Shown piece by piece: positions 45,531 through 55,240 of a DNA stretch of 64,000 bases. The notes below the pieces were generated by a model. The model was not told where the DNA came from. It saw only the letters and a program-made list of their open reading frames with translations, and did no database searches. Within the stretch, counting starts at the first letter, position 1, and each line of letters begins with the position of its first letter. Position numbers and translations under genes: made by a program. The DNA lies in the NCBI GenBank assembly GCA_029547225.1, contig JAKPPS010000018.1:10288-74287 (forward strand). The letters are read 5' to 3'. This stretch comes from a bacterium. Lineage in GTDB: Bacteria; Patescibacteriota; Dojkabacteria; SC72; WJKH01.

Positions 45531-47045
45531 ATGTCTTCAGGTCATAGTGAGAGAGTTGGTACGCCACCTATTACAGCAGGTGTTACTACTGGTTTACTTA
45601 AATCGATTGGTATGGGTGACATCACTAGTGCGATGAATAATGGATTTGAAAGTGTGTGTGACAGTTTTTTTGTAGATGATCAAGCTGCTACTTGGAATCA
45701 ACCGACAGTACAAGTTGATGGAGGAGAAAAGAATGGACCTAGAAATCAAATAATTGCTGGACGAAATCAGGAAGAACCAGCAATGGGTGAACCCGAATAT
45801 GTGGCAGATGTGAAAGTAGTAACTTTATCAGTACCTCCAGAAGTTCAGGCTCAAGATCCAATTGTACAATCAGAATTATTTTTAAAGGTATCAGTTGGCG
45901 AATATGGTCCTGACGCAAAAATTGTTGATCGTGATACAGTTGTGTTCTCACGTGAAGATGTCGGTTCATTAGGTATTTCTCCGAATTCAGATGATACAAA
46001 TAATCCATATGTAAAAGCTCGAGTCACAAGTGATGGTAGTTATGAGTATTATACTGTATTAACACTTAATGGTTTATCATACATAATTCCTTCAGAAATT
46101 GGAGAAGAGCAGGTCTCGGGCAATTCATTAACATATCAATTAGTAAGATATCTTGCACAAAGGGAGTATGATCCAAACTCAGTCGGCGTAGGATATGCTT
46201 CGCAATTGCTTGAATCACTTACTGCTGAAAGGAATGAAGGGGAAAATAATCTTTCGTTTTCAGAGAGTAACTCTTTACCTGCTGGAGAAGGAATTATACC
46301 TTTGATGGTGGGTGATGGAACGTATTATTTCGATACCAAGGAACAACAAGTAACACTAAGGACTGAAGCAGGTATAAGCATCACAATGAATTACGGCCTG
46401 TTTGGCATGTTTTACTCAGAGGTCAGTGATGGCTCTTTTGTTTCTCCTAATATGGCAATTGGAGAAATAATAAATTATATTGATAGTTTAGATGAACAGA
46501 ATAGGAATGCAATTCTTGAGCAGCTTGGATTTTCTACGATGCCACTAGTTGTTGAAAAAGGTGGATTTTCAACGTATCAAAGCTTTTTAGAGTCTATTTT
46601 CCCAGATAAAATGCGGAGATTAAGTGGTACTGGATATCCATCCGATTCAAGAATTGTGTTGCCAGCTTCTTACAGATTGCTCTTTAACCTTGATGGTTTG
46701 AGTTCAACAAAAACTTTTGAAATACCAAACGAAGGTGCATTAGTATTTTTATCTGCAAAGGATGCTCAATCCACTCTTGAATCTCTATTTGGGAGAGATG
46801 TCTCGATTTTATTAATGAATTGTATGCCTGATATTGAATCGAGTAGTTGCTTGAAAAAATCCGAGTGGGAAGAAATTCTTGACAATCAAATTGATATTAA
46901 GCAGGATGTTTACCTTTGGAATGGTGAGATACCCGCAATTTCCGGATCTATTGAATTCTCTGGATTAGAAGCAGAGGATGGTAAAAAACGTACTGTAACG
47001 CTAGTCCCTTCATCTGGAGGAGGATACTTAATAATAATTAAATAA
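45531..47045 (+). CDS. Hypothetical protein (orphan, 504 aa)
   Basis: Long ORF with no signal peptide or recognisable motif. Confidence 0.55.
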   Translation: MSSGHSERVGTPPITAGVTTGLLKSIGMGDITSAMNNGFESVCDSFFVDDQAATWNQPTVQVDGGEKNGPRNQIIAGRNQEEPAMGEPEYVADVKVVTLSVPPEVQAQDPIVQSELFLKVSVGEYGPDAKIVDRDTVVFSREDVGSLGISPNSDDTNNPYVKARVTSDGSYEYYTVLTLNGLSYIIPSEIGEEQVSGNSLTYQLVRYLAQREYDPNSVGVGYASQLLESLTAERNEGENNLSFSESNSLPAGEGIIPLMVGDGTYYFDTKEQQVTLRTEAGISITMNYGLFGMFYSEVSDGSFVSPNMAIGEIINYIDSLDEQNRNAILEQLGFSTMPLVVEKGGFSTYQSFLESIFPDKMRRLSGTGYPSDSRIVLPASYRLLFNLDGLSSTKTFEIPNEGALVFLSAKDAQSTLESLFGRDVSILLMNCMPDIESSSCLKKSEWEEILDNQIDIKQDVYLWNGEIPAISGSIEFSGLEAEDGKKRTVTLVPSSGGGYLIIIK

Positions 47046-47047
47046 AC

Positions 47048-47911
47048 TTAATAATAAGTCTTAGCGATCTTCTTGCAAAATCTCATACAAATTTTATCAA
47101 TCACAGCATTGTCGACATCGCTGTCAAATTTTCGAGCAAAGAGCTTTTGATTATTTACAAATAAGCTATCATAATCCTTTAAGGTTATTATGTTGGGTGA
47201 ACCTGCCCCAGGCTCCCAATATGTCCACCTAAGATTATCGCTTACAATTGTGGCTTCAGGGTGGGCTAACTTAAGCAAAGTGTTAAAGAAAAGTTCGTCG
47301 GCACAATATGTCATTTCAAATCTATTGTAGAAATGCGAGTTTTTTTCAAGGTAGTCAAGCATTAATGTAATAGCTTTGTTAGTAAGATTGAACCAGTTAG
47401 AAGAACCATAAAAAGTCATATCCGTATTTCTTCTTACTCTGATAATGCGTTGTAATTTAAGAAAAACATTTCTAAAAAACATCTTAACTTTACTATTGCT
47501 CTCATCAGGCCAATAAAACCAGATTCTTTCCATACCTCCCATATACCAGTCCTCACGAGGTAACTGATGGATTTCTACAAATTCGGTCTCTTTGTTTGCC
47601 TCAAAAAAATCTATGATCTGATCTGGGGTTTTAATTGGTAAATCTTGCCCACTAAGTAGTAAATATCTGTCGAAATTGTTTTTATGAGCTTCTTGAAGCA
47701 TGTATATGGCAGCTTTTATCTGACTAATATGTCCTCGAGCTATCTTCTTCGGAAAATCAACAATATGCTAATTGCTCTGATCTAAATTTGAAAGCTCTTT
47801 ACTTTTATCAAATATTAAAAAAACTTCATAATTTGGATGATTAAAGCATCTAATAAGCTTAGAGGCTTGCTCAGGATTTTTATGTGCGTTAATTAATAAT
47901 GCAATCCGCAT
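47048..47911 (-). pseudogene. Glycosyltransferase family 14 (core-2/I-branching type) gene interrupted by one in-frame TAG
   Basis: The 217-aa ORF (47048-47701) continues upstream in frame: MRIALLINAHKNPEQASKLIRCFNHPNYEVFLIFDKSKELSNLDQSN, then the TAG (47768-47770), then HIVDFPKKIARGHISQIKAAIYMLQEA. The N-terminal part matches the usual GT14 start. Confidence 0.65.
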
Positions 47912-48003
47912 ATTTTTGAAATTAAAGAGTTTAATAATATATAAAAATATAATGTCAAAGTTGGTAAAAAAGACTAGAAAAAATCATCAAACGAAAATTT
48001 TTA

Positions 48004-49266
48004 CTATTCGCCTAAAATTTCAGATTCAATCTGCATAAGTCGATTGTATTTTGAAACTCTTTCACCTCTTGTAGGACCAACTTTTACGAATCTACTGCCG
48101 ACTGCAACTGCAACATCTACCATAGCAGTATCATTAGTTTCGCCACCACCTCTATGAGATGTTGTAGTCATAAAACCATTTTTATTAGCAAGCATACAAC
48201 ATTGTACTGTTTCTGTTAATGTGCCGATCTGGTTAAGTTTTATCAGGATTGCAGAAGCAGCTTTTAAGTCAATTGCTTTCTGTAGTCTTTCAACATTAGT
48301 CACAGTTAAGTCATCTGCGATGTGAGGTACATTGTATTTACTTGCGATTGGTAAGAATTTTACCCAGCTATCCCAGTCATCCTCAAAGAACATATCTTCT
48401 AAAGTGGCGATAGGATATTTCTGAAGCCATGACTCATAATATGCTAAAAGCTCGTCAGGAGTAAGTGATCGATTTTCAACTTTAAGATTGTATTTTCCAT
48501 CTTCGTAAAATTCACTTGCTGCAGCATCTATTGAGATGCCCAAATCTTTACCTGGCTCATATCCAGCTCTTTTTATTGCCTCAACTATAAATTTGAATGG
48601 GGCTTCATTATCAGGTATCCCATTTGGCGCGAAAGCACCTTCATTACCAACATTTGTTGAAAGTTTGTTTTCCTTAAGTACTTTCTTGAGCTGATGGTAT
48701 GATTCAATAGCTTTGCGGATATTTTCACTCACTCGACCTTCGCCTATTGCTGAAATACAAAATTCCTGAAGATCTGTAGTATCATCTGCATGCTTACCAC
48801 CCTCAATAACAACTATCATTGGATTAGGAAGTTTATTAAGATCAACACCAGTATTATAAGTATCGATAATATATCGATATAGTGGAATCTGTTTTGCATT
48901 TGCTACAGCTCTTGCTACTGCAAGTGATACGGCTAATATTGCATTTCCGCCAAGTCTTGCTTTGTTTGGTGTTCCATCTAATTCACACATTTTCTTATCT
49001 AATCCAATCTGATCTTCTACATCGAGATCTTTGATTGCTGGAAATATCTCGTTCTTAATATTATTGATTGCTTTTAAGACACCTTTGCCTCCATATCTAC
49101 TTTGATCTTCGTCATTTAAGACTGTTGCCTCGTGAGAACCAGCTGAAGCTCCATAAGGTACTGAAGCAATGCCGGTAAAGCCATTATCTAAGGTTACTTC
49201 TACTTCGACTGTAGGATAACCACCTGAAGCTAAAATTTCATACGCTTTAATTTTACTTATTTTCAT
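48004..49266 (-). CDS. eno: Enolase
   Basis: 420 aa. GYPTVEVEV, SVPYGASAGSHEA and IKLNQIGTLTET are all canonical. Confidence 0.97.
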   Translation of the reverse strand: MKISKIKAYEILASGGYPTVEVEVTLDNGFTGIASVPYGASAGSHEATVLNDEDQSRYGGKGVLKAINNIKNEIFPAIKDLDVEDQIGLDKKMCELDGTPNKARLGGNAILAVSLAVARAVANAKQIPLYRYIIDTYNTGVDLNKLPNPMIVVIEGGKHADDTTDLQEFCISAIGEGRVSENIRKAIESYHQLKKVLKENKLSTNVGNEGAFAPNGIPDNEAPFKFIVEAIKRAGYEPGKDLGISIDAAASEFYEDGKYNLKVENRSLTPDELLAYYESWLQKYPIATLEDMFFEDDWDSWVKFLPIASKYNVPHIADDLTVTNVERLQKAIDLKAASAILIKLNQIGTLTETVQCCMLANKNGFMTTTSHRGGGETNDTAMVDVAVAVGSRFVKVGPTRGERVSKYNRLMQIESEILGE

Positions 49267-49272
49267 CTCGAT

Positions 49273-49278
49273 ACTATA
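49273..49278 (-). promoter_or_regulatory. -10 box (TATAGT) 6 nt upstream of eno ATG
   Basis: The minus strand reads TATAGT atcgag ATG, with no SD. Confidence 0.4.
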
Positions 49279-49330
49279 TGATAAATTAGTATCTCAATTT
49301 ATCATTTTTACTATGATTTGTGAAGAGAGA

Positions 49331-49606
49331 TTAGTTAAGAAATGGTATTTTTAATATTGAGCTCACAAATTTCCCTATTCTTGAAATTTCTTTAAGTTTG
49401 GCTAGAAAACTACAGATATTTTCGATTTCTAGTTGGTTTTTATCGTAAAAAATGATAAAATACCGATATCCGAAATTATTATTAACTCCATGTAGTATTG
49501 AAAATATGCTTATTGCTGTTATAATAATTAGTGGTATAATACAATGTTTTTGAACATAGTAGCTCTTTAGGTAAAACAAATCATTGAGAAATCGTATATA
49601 TCTCAA
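49331..49606 (-). CDS. Possible small membrane protein
   Basis: 91-aa ORF with one TM and no homology cues. Confidence 0.3.
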   Translation of the reverse strand: MRYIRFLNDLFYLKSYYVQKHCIIPLIIITAISIFSILHGVNNNFGYRYFIIFYDKNQLEIENICSFLAKLKEISRIGKFVSSILKIPFLN

Positions 49607-49630
49607 TATGATTTAGTATTTTATATTTAT

Positions 49631-49716
49631 GCCGAGGTGGTGAAATTGGCAGACACGCTACCTTGAGGTGGTAGTGGGAGTTAAATCCCTTGCAGGTTCA
49701 ACTCCTGTCCTCGGCA
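49631..49716 (+). tRNA. tRNA-Leu (anticodon GAG), type II
   Basis: Acceptor GCCGAGG/CCTCGGC, anticodon stem CTACC/GGTAG, loop TTGAGGT, and a long variable arm. Confidence 0.9.
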
Positions 49717-49746
49717 TTTTGGGTTTGTTTCTTAAGCTAAACCCAT

Positions 49747-49823
49747 GGGCGATTGGCTCAGCTGGCTAGAGCACTTCATTTACACTGAAGGGGTCATAGG
49801 TTCGAATCCTATATCGCCCACCA
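49747..49823 (+). tRNA. tRNA-Val (anticodon UAC), CCA encoded
   Basis: Acceptor GGGCGAT/ATCGCCC, anticodon stem CTTCA/TGAAG, loop TTTACAC, T-arm ATAGG-TTCGAAT-CCTAT, and a 3' ACCA present in the DNA. Confidence 0.9.
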
Positions 49824-49919
49824 TTTTTCTTAATTAGATTAATATCATTCTCGAATAAGCAAAACATATTTCAAAATCACATAATTGCTTAGTATTTACA
49901 TTTCCCGGTATAATTGTTT

Positions 49920-50537
49920 ATGGAATTATTTAATAATACTCTTCTTCCAATTTCAGAAGACGAATTCATATCTTTGTTCCTTAAAGGTGAAATATTATCT
50001 AATAGATTTTCGAATCAAATCCTAAAAGCGATTAAGAAATTTAACACAAGTAAGGAAATAATAATTAATCCTAAACTTACTAATTTACGTGAGAATAATT
50101 TGAGAAAAGCTATTCTTGAGGAATCAAGAAAATATCTTTCGAGAAAGGGACTATTTGAAGGGTTCCCGAACGATATTAAATGGTATAGATCTAGATTTCC
50201 ATCATCTTTTTTGGTCAACAATGTAAAGTATATTGATTATGATTATTGGCTTGAAATTACAGGTGGATCACGATTTCCAAAGGATGCAATAGAGAAAATT
50301 AATAAAAATGAAAAAGTATTTGATGTGTCCTACGATAATTTTATCGAAGCCTCAAACTGTTTTAAAAAAGGTAATATCTTTGAAGAGATAATAATAGTTT
50401 CTGACAGTAAGGATTATGTTGTCTTAGAAGGCCATTTACGATTGACGGTATATACATTAAATAAAGATATCTTACCTAAATTTATATCGGTCATAATTGG
50501 TTTCTCAGATCACATGAAGGAATGGGGTAATTTCTAA
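49920..50537 (+). CDS. Hypothetical protein
   Basis: ~205 aa. YVVLEGHLRLT is faintly reminiscent of the ParB/Srx-fold DGHHR motif but not convincing. Confidence 0.45.
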   Translation: MELFNNTLLPISEDEFISLFLKGEILSNRFSNQILKAIKKFNTSKEIIINPKLTNLRENNLRKAILEESRKYLSRKGLFEGFPNDIKWYRSRFPSSFLVNNVKYIDYDYWLEITGGSRFPKDAIEKINKNEKVFDVSYDNFIEASNCFKKGNIFEEIIIVSDSKDYVVLEGHLRLTVYTLNKDILPKFISVIIGFSDHMKEWGNF

Positions 50538-50724
50538 GATAGGATGTTTAGTAGCGATTTCTAAAAGATTCTAAAACTCCTTCGTTTATACTCAGTTAAT
50601 TAGCTTTTAAAACGTTACACTTCGGCTTAGGTTTTCTTTTCATGGAGCACATTATTTACAATTGAATAGTGTTGATCATAATGATAGCATTGATAATATA
50701 ATAATTTTGAGAACAAGTAAAAAT

Positions 50725-50964
50725 ATGGAAAAACGAAAAATAGTAGTAGGCGGAGTGTATCAGCACTACAGGGGAGATTATTACAAAGTCCTAAGTCTTG
50801 CTTTGGATAATGAAACACTTACCCAATTAGTTGTATATGTGGCTCAATATTATAAATTTGAAAAAGAAGATAGGGTATGGGTTAGGCCTCTTGAAGTATT
50901 TATGGGAACAAAGGAGCTTGAGGATGGAAAGATCGTAAATAGGTATGAGTTTGTCTCTGAATAA
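50725..50964 (+). CDS. DUF1653-like small protein
   Basis: The ATG at 50725 is preferred. GGVYQHYRGDYYKVL ... VVYVAQY ... WVRPLEVF matches the family pattern as I remember it. Confidence 0.55.
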   Translation: MEKRKIVVGGVYQHYRGDYYKVLSLALDNETLTQLVVYVAQYYKFEKEDRVWVRPLEVFMGTKELEDGKIVNRYEFVSE

Positions 50965-51010
50965 TAGATTGTTCTGGAAGATTTCATATTTCAATTTGTC
51001 ATGTACTGAC

Positions 51011-51040
51011 TTGATTTTTAGCTTCGATAATTTTTATACT
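51011..51040 (+). promoter_or_regulatory. Sigma70-type promoter overlapped by second operator copy
   Basis: TTGATT - 18 nt - TATACT, with the same -10 hexamer as the csoR-like promoter. Confidence 0.45.
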
Positions 51041-51055
51041 ATACTGGAGTATAGC
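51038..51055. promoter_or_regulatory. Second copy of the palindromic operator candidate
   Basis: ACTATACT-GG-AGTATAGC compared with ACTATACT-AG-AGTATAGT at 42747-42764 (16/18 identical). Confidence 0.55.
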
Positions 51056-51311
51056 ATAGAAAAGACAGAAAACATGTTTTTAAATTTTAACATTTATTTT
51101 GCATAGACTTAATAATTTTCTCTGGAACCCGAAACAAAAAAAGTAGATTTTAAGAATTTCTGAATTTCGTTTACGCATTTATAAGCATATTTATTTGAAT
51201 AGAGAAATTCTACTCGTCATTCAGTAAATACTGACGGACTAAAGAAAACTCAAGCATTACTTTTGGATGCACTTGTTTTAAGTCGTTTTGATATGTTAAT
51301 ATCAACATCAA

Positions 51312-52331
51312 ATGATAAGTGAAAAAAATCGGAATAAAAAACAAAAGTTAGCTAATATACTTAAAAACCCATACATATTATTGGTCTTGGCAAATATTAC
51401 TTGGGGACTATCACCTTCAATTATTAAACTCGGTATAGAATCTGTTGATTTTTGGAGCTTTGTCACATATAGATTGCTTGTTGTGACGGTTATTGTATTA
51501 GTAATATTTGTATTTCGTCGTAAATTAAAGGGACTGTTTAAGGTATTTACAAAACCAAGATACTTATTAACAATGGGACTTTTGATTCCTTGGTCAGCGA
51601 TCTTTAATTTCTGGGGAATTTCTTTGACGAGTGCAATTATTGCTAGCACTGTTACCGCCTTAAATCCTTTGATCGCTGCAATTATGGGTATGATTATCCT
51701 CAAGGAGAAGATCAACAAAGGTGAGCTTGCTGGGACAATTTTAGCGTTTATCGGTGTTATAGGCGTATTGGTTGTACAATCGGTATCAAATGGGGGTGGA
51801 GGTGGTGAAGCTGAAATGATGTTAAATTCTACGGATGCGGTGAATCAAGGTTCAAGTCTTTTGCTAGGCAATCTAGCAGGTATTGGGCTTATTCTGGCAG
51901 GTTTCATTTTATGGTTGTTTGGTAATATTCTTTTCACCACGGTACCTTCCGAAGATCAAGATAACGTATCTTATGGTTCTTTTATTTTTGGTTTGGTAAA
52001 TATTTTTATTTTAGCTCTGATTTTTTCAAAGGATAACCTATTTGTTTTTGATTTTACGAATACAAATCTAATAATAAGTATTTTGTATATGGCTCTGTTT
52101 GGTAGCTTGATAGGTGCTGTATTCCATAATGAAGGTATAAAGAAAGTAGAGGTTTCTGAAGCAAATTTCTTCACTTACTTACAACCTATTGTCGGAATAC
52201 CTGCAGCGGTATTTATCTTAAATGAAAACTTCAACTATTATCTACTTATCCCAATTCTTGTTATAATAGTAGGGGTGTGGTTAAATCTAAAATCACAACC
52301 AAAAAATAGTAAACCTTTGGCGGATAATTAG
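51312..52331 (+). CDS. EamA/DMT-family transporter
   Basis: 339 aa, ~10 TM helices with a Gly-rich central loop. Confidence 0.7.
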   Translation: MISEKNRNKKQKLANILKNPYILLVLANITWGLSPSIIKLGIESVDFWSFVTYRLLVVTVIVLVIFVFRRKLKGLFKVFTKPRYLLTMGLLIPWSAIFNFWGISLTSAIIASTVTALNPLIAAIMGMIILKEKINKGELAGTILAFIGVIGVLVVQSVSNGGGGGEAEMMLNSTDAVNQGSSLLLGNLAGIGLILAGFILWLFGNILFTTVPSEDQDNVSYGSFIFGLVNIFILALIFSKDNLFVFDFTNTNLIISILYMALFGSLIGAVFHNEGIKKVEVSEANFFTYLQPIVGIPAAVFILNENFNYYLLIPILVIIVGVWLNLKSQPKNSKPLADN

Positions 52332-52370
52332 GGTGGATAATTAGGGTGGATAATTAGGGCGGATAATTAG
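52319..52370. repeat. Tandem repeat, 4 x 13 bp (GGYGGATAATTAG)
   Basis: Units at 52319, 52332, 52345 and 52358 (C, T, T, C at position 3). The first unit contains the stop codon of the DMT gene. Confidence 0.9.
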
Positions 52371-52501
52371 TTCATGCGTTTGTTGAATGAACAGAGTATT
52401 AACAACAGTTATGCGGATTTCTATCTACTTATTGTTCATTGAGAAATCGCGATATCGCTTAATAATTTGAAATCAAACAATTAAATTTTCAAGAAAATAG
52501 T

Positions 52502-53671
52502 ATGGAAAGTAATATGATAATTGGTGCTGTGATAGGCGTTGTATTGGGTGCGATTATTGCAGTAATAATAATTGTTATTAATAAAAAGGCTCAAAGCAAA
52601 AATAACGAACAAGTAAAAACTGATGTTGTTCAGAATGTTGAGCTTAGAATAAGGGAAATGATGCCTGAGCTAATGCGCGAGGCTAGCAGTTCTCTTATCA
52701 GTATGGCCGACCAGAAATTAGGTGCAGAAAAAAATGAGATCAAAACAGATCTTGAGAATAAAAGGTTTGCTATAGAGACATTAGTTAAAAAAATAGAAGA
52801 AGAACTGAATAAGACAAACCAAAATCTTGATAAAGCTGAAAAAGAGAGGATCGGCTCTTACAATGAACTTAAAACAGAGATAGATTTACACAGAAAAGTT
52901 ACGGATCAATTATCTATTACAACAGATCAATTGAAGCGAGTGCTTTCCAATAATCAAATGAGAGGTGCATTTGGTGAGACAATAGCTGAGGATTTATTGA
53001 AAATGTGTGGTTTTGTAAAAGGTGTTGATTTTGATTACAACAAAGTGCAAGGTGATATCGATACTCGACCAGATTTTACAGTATTCTTACCTGATAAAAC
53101 GAGAATAAATGTGGATGTAAAATTTCCTTATGCTAGCTTGCAGAAATGGATTGAAGCTGAAAATGAAGGTCCGATAAAAGAGCAGTATAAAAAAGAGTTT
53201 GAACAGGCAGTTAAAAATAAAATAAAACAAGTAACCACAAGAGATTATATTAGTCCGGAAAATAATACGGTTGATTTTGTAATTATGTTTATCCCAAATG
53301 AGATGATTTTCTCATATATTTACGACAAAATGAACGATGTCTGGCAAGAGGCAATGGCAAAGAAAGTTGTTATGGCAGGTCCATTTAGCTTTACTGCTAT
53401 TTTGCGAATGGTAAGGCAAGCTTATGACAATTTTAAATACGAAAAAAATATAAGACAGATTATTTCTCACGTTCAAGAATTTGAGAAAGAGTTCGATAGC
53501 TTTAATACTGAGTTTGTCAAAATTGGCGAGCGTATCGATAGTTTGCAGAAGCAATACAATGTCGTATCTACCACCAGGTCAAATCAGTTAGTCAAAAGGA
53601 TGGATCGCATTAAGTTGGAGGGTAACAATCAGGATTCAATAGAAATTAAACAACCGAAGCTTATCGATTAG
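52502..53671 (+). CDS. rmuC: DNA recombination protein RmuC
   Basis: 389 aa. N-terminal TM, a coiled coil, and a C-terminal nuclease-like core (RPDFTVFLPD, NVDVKFP, DFVIMFIPNE). Confidence 0.85.
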   Translation: MESNMIIGAVIGVVLGAIIAVIIIVINKKAQSKNNEQVKTDVVQNVELRIREMMPELMREASSSLISMADQKLGAEKNEIKTDLENKRFAIETLVKKIEEELNKTNQNLDKAEKERIGSYNELKTEIDLHRKVTDQLSITTDQLKRVLSNNQMRGAFGETIAEDLLKMCGFVKGVDFDYNKVQGDIDTRPDFTVFLPDKTRINVDVKFPYASLQKWIEAENEGPIKEQYKKEFEQAVKNKIKQVTTRDYISPENNTVDFVIMFIPNEMIFSYIYDKMNDVWQEAMAKKVVMAGPFSFTAILRMVRQAYDNFKYEKNIRQIISHVQEFEKEFDSFNTEFVKIGERIDSLQKQYNVVSTTRSNQLVKRMDRIKLEGNNQDSIEIKQPKLID

Positions 53672-53672
53672 A

Positions 53673-54755
53673 TTATAAATATTCTTTTTCTTTACAGTAT
53701 GCAAAGGCATCTCGTTCGAGTTGTTGGCACTTGATAACCCAGTTAAGTTTGCCATCTCCTCGATTTACGATCTCTTGATACCAACCTGTACGACGTTTTA
53801 TCTCCTCTAGTGAGGCTAGGGATACAACTTTATCATCTGTGATTGCAAATCCGGCGTAATTTATTCCCATATCAGTTGTGGAAAGATAATTCTTAATATG
53901 ATTATCGTGGGAAACAAATTTATTTGCTAAATCTTTGAGGATATTAAATGATTCAAAATCACGATTATATGAGGTTGCTTCAATGCCGTAAGTATTTTTA
54001 TGGTTTAAATCAGGTACATTAAAATCACCAATATCAGCTGTAGAGGCTTCATATGCCAGGTTGACTGGATGTTTTATACTAAGATTCCAGATCGGGAAAA
54101 GTTCATATTTTGCGTAACCACTTTGTACACCTTGTTCTTGATCCAAATAAATCTGTCCAAGTGCTGTTGACATCTTGCCACTATTTGAACCTGGGCTTGT
54201 CAGAAGTACTAATGGTTTAGTCACAGGAATATGCTTGTCTCCGCCAAAACCATTACCCGATAAAATTGTTGCAATATCCTTTGGATAATTGGGGATGTAA
54301 TACCTTTTGTAAGTTTCATATCCAAGCTCGTGAAGCTTTACTATAAAATCTTCTACGATTGGATTATCAATTTTTCTACAACGATTAATAGCAATTTTTG
54401 TCGGTATGTTAAGGTTGTCTTTAAAACCTTGTAAACCTTCTATAACGGATGATTGGTAGCTTTGTTCAACATTTTTCATCTGTCGGTCGGAGATAATTGC
54501 GTCCCAGTCAACAGCATAGATTATTTCTGACATTTCATGTAGATCAGCAATGATCTTCTGTTTAATGTATGGATCAAAACCTGGAAGTACACGCGCTGCG
54601 TGCGGATCGTAAAGGAATTTACCGCCAATCTCTAAATATAGTCGCCCGCCTTTAAACTTTTCGAGCCTCTCGAGAATACCTTGCTTTTGGAGTTGATAAT
54701 ACTTTTGCGTATCAAAACCTAACTGTGCAAATGTCGGGACATCATTTGTATTCAT
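53673..54755 (-). CDS. DUF1846/UPF0371-family protein (shorter than typical)
   Basis: 360 aa. GFDTQKYYQLQKQGILERL, LYLEIGGKFLYDPHAARVLPGFDP. Confidence 0.65.
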   Translation of the reverse strand: MNTNDVPTFAQLGFDTQKYYQLQKQGILERLEKFKGGRLYLEIGGKFLYDPHAARVLPGFDPYIKQKIIADLHEMSEIIYAVDWDAIISDRQMKNVEQSYQSSVIEGLQGFKDNLNIPTKIAINRCRKIDNPIVEDFIVKLHELGYETYKRYYIPNYPKDIATILSGNGFGGDKHIPVTKPLVLLTSPGSNSGKMSTALGQIYLDQEQGVQSGYAKYELFPIWNLSIKHPVNLAYEASTADIGDFNVPDLNHKNTYGIEATSYNRDFESFNILKDLANKFVSHDNHIKNYLSTTDMGINYAGFAITDDKVVSLASLEEIKRRTGWYQEIVNRGDGKLNWVIKCQQLERDAFAYCKEKEYL

Positions 54756-55149
54756 ATATATAATTTAACATTGTATGAATGTAAATACAAGTCTGAGCAT
54801 AAATGTAAAAACAAGGCGTAATTTTCATAAAAATTGAAATATTAAATAGTATGATAAGTTTCTGAAAAAAATTTTTGGGTATGCCACCATGCTTTTTACA
54901 TTGCACGCAGCACTTTCCATGACTACCCAAGCTCTAGTTTGCATGATTAGCTCTTGTACATATTCATAAGATAATAAATCAGAAAATCTTAAGACTACTT
55001 AATTTTATTGTTAAAAGTAGCACTAACACTAACACTAATATTTATCCATCAAAAATTATCCATCGATAATTTATAAAAAACAGCTCGTAAATATTATTTA
55101 CTGCATTATTTTACTGAAAAGTATCTGAGAAATGTTTTACGGTGTCGTC

Positions 55150-55201
55150 ATGGATAGTGATGGTAGCGGAGAGTCTGCTGTATAAAGTGTGGATATATAA
55201 A
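55150..55201 (+). promoter_or_regulatory. Composite promoter-like motif, copy C
   Basis: ATGGATAGTGATGGT - 25 nt - TGGATATATAAA. It points into the 3' end of, and antisense to, the minus-strand gene at 55290-55889. Confidence 0.4.
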
Positions 55202-55240
55202 TAGCAAAAGAAAAGATTGTTTTAGCGATTGATTGGAAGT

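Noticed and set aside
52319-52501. A replication origin at the 13-bp repeats.
   Set aside because: There is no dnaA or dnaN nearby, no perfect TTATCCACA boxes, and no obvious AT-rich unwinding element with repeats. It is retained only as a DnaA-box-like repeat observation.
55021-55040. A short hexamer repeat, CACTAA x3.
   Set aside because: It has only three units in an AT-rich spacer, which is too short to distinguish from chance.
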